Source of the DNA: Dictyostelium discoideum
Taxonomy: Eukaryota
DNA length: 64,000 nucleotides
Assembly (NCBI GenBank): GCA_000004695.1
Contig: CM000151.3
Location: forward strand, 1,408,001 to 1,472,000
Direction of reading: 5' to 3'
Positions 43,591-57,350 of the stretch are shown piece after piece. Every line of letters starts with the position of its first letter. Position 1 is the stretch's first letter. The position numbers and the translations under genes were made by a program. The notes beneath the pieces were generated by a model that saw only the letters and a program-made list of their open reading frames with translations, did no database searches and was not told the DNA's origin.

Positions 43591-43619
<29 letters not shown>

Positions 43620-43629
43620 TTTTTTAATT

Positions 43630-43664
<35 letters not shown>

Positions 43665-43789
43665 CTGAACGATTTGTTCTACTGGTTTTTTTTTATTTTT
43701 TTTTTTTCATTTATATATATGTATAACTAATAATTATTATTACTACATTAAATTATCAATATTTTTGTATAAAATTAATTTGTAATAGT

Positions 43790-43831
<42 letters not shown>

Positions 43832-44058
43832 CGCCCTTTATATATATATATTACACAAAGTAAATTAAATTAAGATTTTAAGTCGATCTTATATTTTTAA
43901 ATAAAAAAAAAAAAAAAAATAAAAATAAATCAAAAAAAAAAAAAAAGAACATATATATATGTTTTTTTTTAAATAAAAAAAAAAATATATAAAAAAAAAA
44001 AGTAATCGAAGAAAAACAAAAAAAAAAGTAATCGAAGAAAACAACTACAACAAATAAA

Positions 44059-47000
44059 ATGACAACATCAACAATTGAAAATGGAGCATCATCACCAATT
44101 ATTGTATCATCATCAACACCAAAACTTTATCAAGAAGGAGCAGGAGTATGGATACCAGATCAAGAATTAGGATGGATTGGAGCAGATGTAATTGAACATT
44201 CAGAGACATCAGCAGATCAAGTATTAGTTAGAACAGAGGATGATAGAGAAGTGAAAATACCATTAAGTAAAGTGTTTCAAAAGAATCCAGATATATTGGA
44301 AGGTGTTGACGATTTATCATTTTTATCACATTTACACGAACCTGCAATCTTACATAACCTCCATCACCGTTATAATTTGAACCAAATCTATACATATATT
44401 GGAAAGATTTTAATCGCAATCAATCCATACACATCATTACCACTGTATGGAAAGGAGATGATCAGTGCCTACTATGGTAAACAATTGGGTACATTAGCAC
44501 CACACGTTTATGCCGTAGCTGAAGATGCTTTCAAAGATATGCGTTATGATGGTACAAGTCAATCAATTTTAGTATCTGGTGAATCGGGTGCTGGTAAAAC
44601 TGAAACTACAAAATTCTTATTACAATATTTTGCTGCGATGGGTAATATGATTAAAGAATCAACATCATCATCATCAATAAATGGAATTAATACATCATCT
44701 GACGGTATCCCAGTAACACCACCACCTTCACCAATGAAAAAATCACCTGTTGATAAATCGGTTGAAGAAAGAGTTTTAGAAAGTACACCATTATTAGAAG
44801 CATTTGGTAATGCTAAAACTTTAAGAAATGTAAAAAAAAAAAAAAACAAAAAACAAAAAACAAAAAACAATTATCATTTATCATTTTCTAACTTTTATTA
44901 TTATTATAAATATTATAGGATAATTCATCTCGTTTTGGTAAATTCATTGAAATTCATTTTAATGAAATGGGTTCAATTATTGGTGCAAAAATTTTAACAT
45001 ATTTATTAGAAAAATCAAGAATTGTAAGACAAGTTTATAATGAAAGAAATTATCATATATTTTATCAAGTAAGTAATAGTATTTATATATATATTATATA
45101 TATAAAATATAAAAATAAAATTATTAATTTTTTTTATTTTTTTTTTTTTTTTTTTATTTTTTTTATTTTTTTTTTTATTTAAAAAAGTTATTATCAGGTG
45201 CATCAGAAGAATTAAAAGAAAAATTAAATTTAAAAACAATTGAAGAATATAGTTATTTAAATAAGAGTGGATGTTTTGAAATTGAAGGTGTATCGGATGA
45301 AGAGCATTTTAATAAGACATGTCATGCAATGCAAGTTGCAGGTATAACATTGGTTGAACAAGAGAATGTATTTAGAATATTATCAGCGATTTTATTGATT
45401 GGTAATTTTGAATTTGAAAATATAGCCGGATCAAATGATGATAGTTGTCAATTGATTGATCGTGACCCATTGGAGAAAGTATCGGTATTGTTAGGATGTG
45501 CACAACCTGATGAATTGTTGAATTCAATGTTAACACGTAAAGTGGTGACGGGTAAAGAGTCGTACATATCACATAATACAAAAGAGCGTGCTGAGAATGC
45601 AAGAGATTCATTGTCAATGTTTTTATATGGTATGATGTTTGATTGGTTGGTTGTGAAAATCAATTCAAGTATGTCGATTTCAACACAACAAAAATCCAAA
45701 TCGTTCATTGGTGTATTGGATATCTATGGTTTTGAATCGTTTGAAGTGAACGGGTTCGAACAGTTTTGCATCAATTATGCCAATGAAAAGTTACAACAAT
45801 TATTTAATCAACACGTTTTCAAAGAGGAGCAACAGGAGTATATAAAGGAGAAGATCGATTGGTCATACATTGATTTCAATGATAATCAAGATACTTTGGA
45901 TTTAATTGAAAAGAAACCCATTTGTATATTGACCTTACTCGATGAGGAGACTATGTTCCCCAAGGCCACACCTCAGACATTGGCAACTAAACTTTACTCA
46001 AAAATGACAAGTCATAGTAAATTTGAAAAGCCACGTTTCTCATCGACTGCTTTCACAATCAATCATTATGCTGGTAAAGTAACCTATGAAACTGATCAAT
46101 TCCTTGACAAGAATAAGGATTTCATAATTCCTGAACAAATTTCAATTTTACAAAGATCAAATTTCTCATTCATTAAAGTGTTAATGTCACATTCTGATAA
46201 GTTCACTCAATCACCTGGTGGCCATCCACAAGGTAATGGTGGTCCAACTTCTTCCAATACAAAGGGTACTTCAGGTTCATCGTCAATGAAATTCCTTTCT
46301 GTTGGTTCACAATTTTCAACATCACTTGCAACTTTAATGAAAACTATTTCAACTACAACACCACATTACGTTCGTTGTATTAAACCAAATCCAGAGAAAT
46401 TACCTCAAACTTTTAATAAACAAGATGTAATTCATCAATTACGTTGTGGTGGTGTTATGGAATCTGTTAGAATTTGTTGTGCAGGTTTTCCAACTCGTAG
46501 ATTATTATCTGAATTTTATCAACGTTATAAAATTTTATATGTAAAAGATATTAATACTGGCAGTGGTGGTGGTAAGAAAGGTTCAAATAATAATAAAATT
46601 AAAGATCCAAAAATTTTAGTTCAAAATTTATTAACTGGTATTGAATTATCAGATGATAAATATAAGATTGGTTTAACAAAAGTATTTTTAAGAGCTGGCC
46701 AATTGGCAAGTTTAGAAGATATGAGATTGGAGCAATTGGATCGTAGTGCAACAGTTATTCAAAAGAGATGGAAAGGTTATTTATATCGTAAACGTTATAA
46801 ACAACTTAGAGATGCATCATTGATAATTCAAACTAAACTTAGATCAGTACATGCAAAACAACAATTATCAGCATTACAACGTACTCATTCAGCCATTTTA
46901 ATACAAAAAGTTTGGAGAGCTCATAGGGATAGAGTTCAATATCAAAAGATTAGAGATGCTTCATTACAATTGCAAACTGTAATGAGAAGACATTTATTCT

Positions 47001-50000
47001 CTGAGCAAGTTCATAGGGAAAGATGTGAGAATGCAGCAATCATCCTACAAACAAAGATTAGACAAATCCTATCAAAGAGAGAAGTTGATAAAAAGTTACG
47101 TGGTATCATTTTAATTCAAGCAAGATGGAGAATGAAATTGGCCAAAAGGGTTTACATACAATTAAGAGCCGAAGCAAGATCATTGCGTACCGTTCAAGAG
47201 CAAAAGAATAAACTTCAAGAGAAACTTGAGGAATTGCAATGGCGTTTAACCTCTGAAGCAAAACGTAAACAACAATTGGAGGATCAAAAAGTTAAATCTG
47301 ATACAACCATTAGTGAGCTTTCAAGTAATAATGATCATCTCGAATTACAATTATCAGAGATTCAATTGAAATATCAAGAATTGGATAAATCAAATCAAAG
47401 CAGTCAATTACAATTATCTGAATGTTTATCAAAACTAGAGGAACAAACTCAACAATTAGATCATTCAAGTAAATTAAATAAAAAACTTGAGAAAGATTTA
47501 TCTGATCAACATGATTCCATCGAGAAATTACAATCACAATTTAATGAAACTGAACAACAATTACAACAATTTAAACAACAATCTGAGGAATTATCAAGTA
47601 AATTATCAAAAACCACTCAACAATTGGATTTCAATAAACAAGAATTTGATAGATTATCTCAAGAGAGAGATACTGATAATACAAATAATCAATTAGAGAT
47701 TCAACAATTAAAGAAAGCAAATTCAACTCTAGAAGAGGATTACTTTAGTTTATCAGGTATTAGAGATAATTTAGAGAGACAAGTATTGGAATTACGTGAT
47801 GAAAATCAATTAATAAAGGAGAGATTAGATTCATTGGGTCAACAATCCTCTCAGTTCCAAAGTGGTGCAGCATTAGAGAAACAACAATTGGAACAATTGG
47901 TTCAAGAACAATCTGAACAATTAATTAAACTTTCCTCAGAGAAATTGGGTAGTGAGGAGGAGGCAAAGAAACAAATCAATCAATTAGAACTTGAACTTAC
48001 TGATCATAAATCTAAATTACAAATTCAATTACAATTGACTGAACAATCCAATGAAAAGATAAAGAAACTCAAAGGTAAATTAGAGGAATATCAAGATGAA
48101 AAGAAACAATTACAACAAGAGCTCGAAAGAATTAAACAATCAAAACAATCGGTTGAAGATGAAAAGAATTCATTAATCACTCAATTAACAACGGTCAAAT
48201 TTGAAAGTACTCAAGTTTCAACCAATGTATCTCATCAAAAAGAAAAGATCACCACATTGAAATCTACAATCGAAGAATTGAATAAATCGATTGGCAAATT
48301 ACAAGCTGAACAAAAGAATAAAGATGACGAGATACGTAAGATTCAATTTGAATTAAATGATCAAAAACAACAATTCACTAGACAAACCAAAGAGTTTTCT
48401 GATCTTCAATCACAACAATCAATCGATAGACAAAAATCAGAGATTACAATTCATTCATTAGAGAGAACCAATGAAACTTTGAAATCCGATTTCGAACGTG
48501 TTCAACAATCATTGAAACAACAAGAGAGAGATTGTCAACAATATAAAGACACAATCAATAGATTAGAGAATGAGGTTAAACAATTGACTCAATTGAAAGA
48601 ACGTTTCGAAAATGAATTCTTTGTTGCAAAGGAACAAAATTCAAATCAAACTCAAGAATCTGTTTATCTAAAAGAGGTTACCACTCAAATGCAACAAAAT
48701 CAATCACGTATCGAAAGAGAATTAGAGGAAAAGAAACAACATATCACTAGAATCGACGATGAACGTGATGAACTCAAGAAACAATTGACTCAACTTCAAC
48801 AACAACATGAACAATCTTCAACTCAATTGCTATTGGCTCAAAATGAATTGGAACGTCTTAGAAAGAAAGAACTAAAATATAAAGAACGTGGTCATGAAAC
48901 TTCCAAACAACAAGATCAATTCAATATGGAGATTCAATCATTACGTATCACCAATAATGATCAATTGAAATCTTTACAAGATTATGAACAAGAGAAAAAG
49001 AAACTCAAAGATAAACTTTCATCCTCTAAACAAGAGGCTCAACAACAACGTGAATCAATCATTAAAATGGATGCTGAATTATCTGCAATTAAACAACATT
49101 CGCAATGGGTTGAAAATTCTTTCACCGATATGAAACAAAGAAATCAAGAACTCATTGAATCAAGTGCACTCTATAAACAACAATTGTTACAACAAACTTC
49201 AACAATCGATTCAACCATCAAAGAGAAAGAGAATGAAATTTCAAAATTACAACAACAACTTGAAACTTCAAATCAACAATTACACCAATTGAAAGAGGAA
49301 TTAAATTCAATGAAACAATCCAATCAATTAGAATCCACCGAACAATCTAAACAATTGAATCAACTCATTCAAGAGAATCAACAATTGAAATCGGTCACCA
49401 ATGAAATCTCTAAACAATTGGATGATGCTGTCTTTGAGAATCAAAAGATTAACAATACAATCAAAGAACAAGAGATCAAATCAAAGAGAATGTCTGTCGA
49501 ATTACAACAACATATCGATGAAGGTAAACAACAAGAGATTCAACAATTACAATCTACAATAGCTCAATTGAAACAACAACAACAATCTGAAACTGATCGT
49601 CTAGAAAAAGAAATTCAACAAATGAAACGTGAAAGAGAAACTCAAATGAAATTGGTAGAGTCTACAAAATTAAATTATCACATGTTGGAGGATCGTATGG
49701 AACTCTATAGAAATGTTATGGAGATCATTGATTACAAAGAAACTGAATGGGAGAAATTGGCAAGATTGGCCGGTTGTAAAGAATTGGATACAAAATTACT
49801 CTCTGATTTCCTTTTATCTTGTAAATTAGAACATACTAGTTTAGGTAGTCAAATGTGGTTCCATCAAATAGATTATTGGTGTCCTTATGAAAGAGACTCA
49901 AGTAAAGGTATCTTTTATGGTATCATTAGATCAATAGTTGATTTCACAATTAAAAACTTTGATGATGTTGATCTTCTCTCCTATTTATTGGCTTGCTGTT

Positions 50001-51004
50001 CTCTTACACTTTTCCTTTATAAAAAGAATTTAGTTAAACATTTAAATGGTGCAAATTCAATTATGCCAATCATACCAACATTGGGAGATTTAGAAGAATT
50101 AAATGAAAGATTATCACATCAATCATTAACAACTAGTGGTAAATTCTCTGGTGGTGGTGGTGGTGGTGGTATTGATTTCATTGATCAATTACAACAAAGT
50201 ACTGGTATAACTTTTGGTTTAATATTTAAAGCTACAACTCTTAAATTATCACCATTGGTTGATGGTGCAATTTTAAATGAAAATTATAATAAGAAATTAA
50301 CATCAATCTCTGCTTCTTCATTTGGTAGTGGTAGTTTTGGTCTTGGTTCTAATGGTGTTGGTAGTGTATTATCAATTGAATTGATTACAACTTATCTCTC
50401 TTCAATCATTACAATATTCCAACATCGTATGGTACATTTTACATTATCACAAAGATTCTTTAATCAAGTATTTTGTTGGATTGGTGCTTTAATAATGAAA
50501 GGTTTCATGTTGAGACAAACTTTTTGTACAGAAACATTTGCTACCTTTGTTAAAACAAAGATTGACTTTTTAACTAGATGGGCCGATGATATTGGTAATG
50601 TTTGGGTTGGTGATGTCGCTAATGCTTTCCAACAAGTTAGAGAGGTCATCAATGTTTTAAATATTAAAGATAAAGAAAAGATCATCGATGATAAAATACG
50701 TAAACAATATTGTCCAACTTTAAATTCAAATCAATTGAAACAAGTCTTATCTTTATTCTCTCCTGGTGAGTTTGGTGGTAAACGTGTCTCTGCTAAAGTT
50801 ATCGCCTCCATTTGTCCACCAAATAAATCCTCTGCTGGTCAATCCTTTGTTCAAGATGAAAACAAATTAAATACAATTCCAATTGATTCTTTACATTATT
50901 TAGAAATTCAAGATATTAAAACACTTTCTTTACCACTCTCTATAAGACAAACAATTGAAACTGAAATCATTAATTTAAAACAACAAATTGCTTGTAAAAA
51001 ATAA
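44059..51004 (+). CDS. myoJ: Class-V-like unconventional myosin heavy chain (MyoJ), 3 exons: 44059..44829, 44919..45068, 45188..51004 (257+50+1938 = 2245 aa).
   Basis: Motor-domain motifs are present: GESGAGKTE (P-loop) and ...AKTLRN|[14 protein letters not shown] (switch I, split by a GTAAAA...TTATAG intron). NYHIFYQ|[13 protein letters not shown] is split by a GTAAGT...AAAAAG intron. LDIYGFE (switch II) follows. There are six IQ motifs ([69 protein letters not shown]), about 900 aa of coiled coil, and a C-terminal globular DIL/dilute-type tail. The predicted length of 2245 aa matches what I recall for D. discoideum MyoJ. Confidence 0.9.
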
Positions 51005-51321
51005 TAATAAAAAAAATAAAAAATAAAATTTTATAAAAATTTAAAATTATTAATTTGTAAAAATAAAAAGCTTTGTAATAATTATAACTATAATAAAATT
51101 TTATTTGGTTTCTTTTTTTTTTTTGATTGGATTTCTTGTAAATTTGGTAATATTTGGTAATTTGAAGTTCATATTAAGGAATTATAATTTTGAAATATAG
51201 TGTTGTTATTTTTACAATCATTACTACTTTTTTTTTTTTTTTTTTTTAAAAAAGACATCCTGTTTTTAAATAATTTAGTATTTAAAATTAAATAAATCAA
51301 ATAATAAAATTATAAGAGTAT

Positions 51322-51780
51322 TTGATTAGATGAATTGGTCGAAGGAGCTAAGATTCGGAAGCACCGATTTTTGGAATATAATATACTTTTCCAGCTAATT
51401 TTCCTTAATTAATTTAAGGAAATTGTTTGGGTCTTTAAATTTGTATGAAAGTTTAAATTTTTTTTTTTTTTTTTTTTTCATTAATATTTATTAATCACAG
51501 TTTATCCATCCATAATTAATGGTTTTATCTATTTATTTTAATTTTAGAAAGTAAAGAAGATACTCCTTTTATTCATTTGATTTTTTTTTTTTAGGATTGA
51601 TGAGATCAATTTTCTATAAAAAAAAAAATCAGTTGCTTAGATTGATTGATCGAATGAGACAGGATTCGGGAGCACTGATTCAGGAATACAATATACTTTG
51701 CAAGTTAGTTTCCTTTAATAAAATCATTTAGGTCATTAAAATTTCTCTGATCTCTTTAAATCTTTTGCTTTTTATTATTT
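51322..51780. repeat. Two diverged copies (~75% identity) of a ~120-bp unit located 3' of the retroelement. Possible C-module-like remnants of older TRE insertions.
   Basis: 51335-51447 is GATTAGATGAATTGGTCGAAGGAGCTAAGATTCGGAAGCACCGATTTTTGGAATATAATATACTTTTCCAGCTAATTTTCCTT... and 51640-51750 is GATTGATTGATCGAATGAGACAGGATTCGGGAGCACTGATTCAGGAATACAATATACTTTGCAAGTTAGTTTCCTTT.... The first copy is followed by T21. Confidence 0.55.
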
Positions 51781-51990
51781 AATTCTTGAGTAGTTTATAG
51801 CATTTATTAAATTAGGTCGTTGTAATTCTAATGTTCCCTTACATTAAAGAAAAAATGACCATGTGGGTCTAGATTTTCTTTATGGTGGAGAAGTTCAATG
51901 GTGAACTTCTTGCATGATTTTTTTTTTTTAACTTAATATTAAAAATAAGGATTAACCAAGTAAGATAAAGAAAAGCACTTCCCAATTTAA

Positions 51991-54900
51991 TCAACATTTT
52001 TTTTTTTTTTTTTTTTTTGATATAAATAAACTATTGTAGTATACGATTAGTATGTTATTTTTATTTATTTATTTTAGGTTTTTTAGTTTTTGTGAATTTA
52101 AAATGGTATGTTATTTTAGATTAGGTAATTAATAATTAATTGGTGGTGTAATTGTTGGAATTGGTTCATTTGTGTTTATGCTCCATTCTTTTTTAAATTT
52201 TTTGATTGTTTCGGACCATTGGGTTTCTTTTTGAGTTTTTGTGAGGTTGTTTTTAATTGAGTATTGGTTGAAGTTTGATAATGTTCTTGAATATTCCAAT
52301 CTTATTAGCTTGTGCCATTTTGATTTTAATATATCATAATCTAGTGTTGTGTTGTTTATTTGATTGTTCCGATTATCAAATGATTGAGTTATATTGATGT
52401 CAAATAATGATTTGCATAACCATATCCATATTTGGTGAATAACTAATGAGATTATGTTCCAATATGCATGTGTTCTGACTAGATCAAGATTTGTGTTTAT
52501 ATAATTCCAGTTGAACCTGTATTTTTTATATTGTGCGTTTTCTGCAAAATGAAAATTAATATTGATAGTTGGATCTGGTTTAAATGCTTTGTTGTTTGTT
52601 TGTGGTTTATAAATGAGTGTGTATAATTTTGTTGTTTGGTTTTTTGTTAGTGACCAGTTTTTGTTTCTATTGCAATTTTTATATAAAAAATATTTTAATT
52701 TGTCGTGGTTTATGAAGTTGATTGTGTGCTGACAATTGAAAAACAAATGACCATAGGGATCATTATTCATTTCATTGTTGCAAATGGGGCAAACTTTGTT
52801 GTGTAGATGATTAATTGGAAGACATCTAGCATGGAATCTTTGCATTGTATCACGGCCTTTTGGATCTTTTAATTTTTGAATTTTGACAAATAGTTGGTCG
52901 TATGTGTATTTCCATAATAGTTGTATTGATTGTTGGTGCGAAGTAAGAAGTAGATCTGAATATTTCTTGCCAACATAGTCTTTTGATTTGCATTGGTGAT
53001 TGTTGAGTATTGTCGAGTAGAATTCTTTGAGTGTTGGTGGTAGTGAAATATTATTTGTGGTTAATGTTAGAGAGGTTTGGTTTTTTATTAATATTGGTTG
53101 TAGGATTTGAACTTTATCTTTTAGATGTCCAATTTGAGTTGCATAGTTTTCCCATTTTTTTGATTTTTATAAGGTATGGAGAAGAGATTGATTTGTTGAT
53201 GATTTGATCCATCCAACTTATCATGTATATTGAATTGTTTGCAGATTTATGCATTTGTAAAAATCTGTTGTATATCCAAATCTTTTGAGCAACTTGTCGT
53301 AATTGTATATTCCACATACCCCAACCACCTTCTTTTAATGGTTTTAATGATCTATCATAACACATCAAAGGTATTTTTGCACGGAATGGATGGTTGATGT
53401 GTTGTTTTTAATGGAATTGGTATTAGAGTTGGTGATTCAGAATTTGCGGGAGAATTCATAAACCATGAGATTAATTTATTAATTTGAATTTCTTCATCTT
53501 TTGTAAATTCTTCAAGGTATGATAAATATGTTATTGGTGATAGTGAGTAGGTGTTTATGATGGTTGTTTTTGTTTTTAATGTTGTGCCACTAGTTTTCCA
53601 TAGTACTAATGATTTAATCAGTGTTTTCATTGTTTCTGGTAATTTCCTATGTAAACCCCCTATGATTAAAGAAATAGCCAAGGACTCTTTCTGATTGATC
53701 TTTTTTGGTTATTGGGATTCTTTTTGATTGTGGAATGTTGTTTATTATGTGTTTATCAGTGATTTTGTGGGGGTTGATTTCTATTATTGCACTTTTGTCA
53801 AAATTTAATGATGATGATGTTGAAGCGCAGAAATTATCGAAATGTTTGATTGATTGTTGTTGTTGTTCGTAGTTGATGTTGTATGTTGTAGAGTCGTCTG
53901 CAAATTGGGTAAATTTGATTTTAATTTGTGGATTGGGTGAAATTGGTAATCCAATTATTGAATTGTCTGCATTTATTGTTCTTGCTAATATTTCAATTAC
54001 AATTACAAATAAAGTGGCTGAGATTGGGTCACCTTGTTTTACACCTCTTTTAATATCGAATTTTCTGGTCGTTTTACCATTAATTGAAATTTTTGCTTGT
54101 GAGTCAGATAATAGCTTGTGGATTAAATTTATTAATTTTATTGGTATACCAATATGAATTAATGTTCTTTTAATGCTATCGTGAGAGATAGAATCAAATG
54201 CTTTAAAGAAGTCAAATAGTGTGATGATACCAGGGAGGTTTTTAGATTTGAGGTAGTTGATTAATTCATTGATGTTGATGATGTTGTCTATGATGAATCT
54301 GTGGGGTACGAAACCAGTTTGGTTGTTATTGATGATGAAAGGAAGTATTCTCAGAAGACGTGCATTGATTACTTTGAGAGGGATCTTGTAATCAGTGTTT
54401 AGAAGTGTAATGGGACGACGATTTGATATGAGTAAGGGGTTGCCTTTCTGGTATATTGTGTGTATAAGACCTTCGGTGAATTCTGTTGTGATGTGGTGTG
54501 GATTTTCTAGTATATCGTTGAATAATGTAGTGAGAATTGGTTTAACTTGGTTTAAATGATTAATGTAAAATGCATTTGTAACTCCATCTGGACCGGGTGA
54601 TTTGTTGGGGTTACTGGTTTTAATTGCAGCTTCAACTTCATCTTTTATAAAAGGTGAGTCTAAACCATTCCAATATTCATTTTTTATGATGGGCCATGTG
54701 TTTAGCATGAGCTAGTGAGTAATTGGACAACATATTTGTAAGCTATATAGATTTGTGTAGAATTCAACAAAAGCATTTTCAATTTGGTCGGGGTCGGATG
54801 TAATGATGTTTCCATATTGGATTGATTCAATTTTTGCATCTTTTGATCTTTTGTTTAGTATTGCTGATAGATACTTGCTAGGTATTTCTCCATTTATATG

Positions 54901-57230
54901 TTTTTTTAATATGTTTGTGTGGTTTTGATGTAATTTGTTTTTGTTACATATAATATTGTATTCAGTGATGCATTGTTCTTCAAGATGTTTGAATTTTGCT
55001 GCTTTTTCTAATAGTATTTGTTTTGCACGTTGAGTTTGTTTGTCTTTGTTATATTGATAGTTTTTTAGAGTTTTAATAATTTTTGATTTTACTTTTGACC
55101 AATTTGTAAATTGATTGTTGATGTGTTATTGTGATTAGTTATTAAATGATTGATAATATTGATTGCTTCATGGTCATTTGCAGTACCAGGTGATAATATC
55201 CATCTTTTCTTATGTTTATTTATTTGAAAAGGTGAAGAAATTGTTGTTGATATTGGATTATGATCTGATAATGAAGATGGAATTTGGTGGACTTGTGTAT
55301 ATATATTTTCAGGGTCTATTCTATTGTATTGAGTATATATTCTATCTAATCTGTTACCATGTGTATGAGTTGGAGTGGTTTTTAAATTCACCTTGATCAA
55401 TTAGATGGTGTTGGTATGTGTAGGATTGGATAATATCATCTAATAGTGAATTGTCGTTGTGGATACAGTTGAAATCTCCTGCGATAATAGATACATGTTG
55501 GGATTGGTTTGGTATTGGGTTTGTTGAGTGGTTGTGGAGAAGTGTTTGTAGTGAAGTTGCATATGAATTCTTTTTGATGGTATTATTTGATGCTGGTGCG
55601 TAAATTCCAAGAATACCAATTGGTAATTGATTTGGAAATATAACGTCTGCTAAAATAGCTCTACCATCAATTGTTGATATGTGTTTGAGTTTGAGTGTGT
55701 TTGGGTTATGGTTAATGATGATTACACCATTTCCTCGTTTGGTGACAGAGATGATGTGATCGGGAAAATCATGTTTAAGTTGTAATGGTGATGAATTGAG
55801 TTCAGTGAGTATTGAAATTGTTGGACGCGGTGTAAGTTTTGATATAAGTAGTTGTAGTGTGTCAACAGGTTTTTGGTAGGAATTGTGGTGATTGTTGGGG
55901 TTTTCAGTGAATCCTCTACAATTCCATGTTATAAAGTTGATTTTTGAGCTCATACCTTACTAGGTTTGGAAGCACCAGTATTGACTGGTTGTGTAGTCAG
56001 GGCATTGCTGCTTCTTCTTGGATTTATTGGATTTGGAGTTGGTGCACTTGGTTTGTTTGGTTGAGATTGTAGAGGTTTTTGTGGTACAATTGTTGGATCG
56101 GTTGGATTGCTCATTGATAATGAGTTTTTCCCGTTATTATTATTTGAAGAATCACTTTTGTGTGAAATTTCATTATTGTTTTGGGATTGATTGTTAATAT
56201 CAAGTGATTCATTTAGTATAGCTTTTGAACCACTATTTTGAAGTGAGTTATTATTGCGATTGGAATTTGCAATTTCGTTGATTGGTGGGGTGTTAATGTT
56301 GTTTTTTGGTGGTTGATTGTTTTTGTTCATGTTTGGGTTTGTGATGGCATTTTTTATAGTTGTTGCCATATCTGCATTTTTTGCATGTTGAATTTTGTGT
56401 TTAGTGACACTACGTGTTGCAGCTTTGATATATCTTGTGATACCAGATGGTTGTTCGATCTTTTGATCAACAATGTTGTGTGTGTGATCAATTAGATGAT
56501 ATGTTATAATGTAACTTTTAAACGCAACAGCATATGAGTATGTGACAGTAAATGATTCAATTGATGTACAACTGGTGAATTTAGTGAGGTTGTTTGTAAT
56601 TGCCTCGTTTGCATGTTTGGGTGAGTACGTTTTAATGAATGTTTTAATGATTGCATAATCATTTGATGATATATCGAATCTATAGTTGAGTTTGTCGATA
56701 TTTAGTGCAAGTTGGTTTTGAAGGTTGATTATTGAAGTTAATTTATCAACGTTGCAATTTACGAAGGCAGTTGCACCAATTATTTTAAATGCTGATGGCG
56801 ACAGTATATCTTCGAAGAGTTTGTGAATGTTTTTGTGAATTTGTTGGATTCTTGTGTCATCTTTAGAGGTTAATTCTTCACGGATGTGTGGTTGATTAAA
56901 GTAACACTTAATGTTGATGGTGTTATTGTTTTTTTCTAAGAAAGAGAGTGGTCTTGTGATTGATGGAGGTGCAATGATATCTAATTGATTATCAAGTCCT
57001 TTGTTTAGTGAGAGTTGGTTTGTTGGGGTTTGTTTTTTAGGTGTGTCGATTTTTGCACTTTTGTTTTTTGTTGTTGAGGTTGTGGAGGTATTATTTGTAG
57101 GTTGTGTTGTTATCTGTATGATTTAACTGTAATTCAGTTGAGTGATCATCAGCCATTGTTGAAAAGTATATAGGACGATAGCCCTTGCTTTATTGAGCAA
57201 AAAAAGGGTAAAATTAAGAGGAATGAATGT
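51991..57230 (-). mobile_element. tRNA-gene-targeted non-LTR retrotransposon (TRE3-like), about 5.2 kb. It has an ORF1-like region, an ORF2 with APE endonuclease and reverse transcriptase, a C-terminal Cys/His motif, and a 3' oligo(A).
   Basis: The ORF pieces on the - strand are: ORF1-like 56369..55950 plus upstream out-of-frame coding to ~57160; APE endonuclease 55953..55354 (ITWNCRGF...SIIAGDFNCIHN); RT 54708..53647 (PITLLNTDYKIPLKVINARL, FDFFKAFDSI, QGDPISATLF, FADDSTTY); then 53681..53355, 53368..53114 and 52845..52129 (CPICNNEMNNDPYGHLFFNCQH). The stop at 52129 is followed by ~110 nt and then A28 (T-run at 51991-52018 on +). Multiple frame changes between the ORF pieces mean this copy is probably non-functional. 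The 5' end lies ~120-180 bp downstream of the tRNA-Phe 3' end, in the same orientation. Together with the size and ORF order, this points to TRE3 rather than TRE5. Confidence 0.8.
52129..55953 (-). pseudogene. ORF2 (APE endonuclease, RT and Cys-motif domains) of the TRE3-like element, disrupted by at least 5 frameshifts.
   Basis: Six overlapping ORFs in different frames (55953..55354, 55400..55089, 54708..53647, 53681..53355, 53368..53114, 52845..52129) together reconstruct one ORF2-type polyprotein. Confidence 0.7.
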
Positions 57231-57312
57231 GGCGGTGAAGATATAACAGTGATTTATTTATTATATGTATAAATTCTCGTTTATTTCTTTGTTTTTTCGG
57301 TATCAACATATA

Positions 57313-57322
57313 GAATCGAACC
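57313..57322 (-). promoter_or_regulatory. External B box (ex-B, GGTTCGATTC) about 30 bp downstream of tRNA-Phe.
   Basis: The reverse complement of GAATCGAACC is GGTTCGATTC, which matches the Pol III B-box consensus GGTTCGANTCC. It is embedded in a T-arm-like fragment TGATCGCCGGTTCGATTC that lacks the rest of a tRNA. This is the arrangement described for the extra B boxes of Dictyostelium tRNA genes. Confidence 0.5.
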
Positions 57323-57350
57323 GGCGATCATACCAACAATTAAAAAAATT

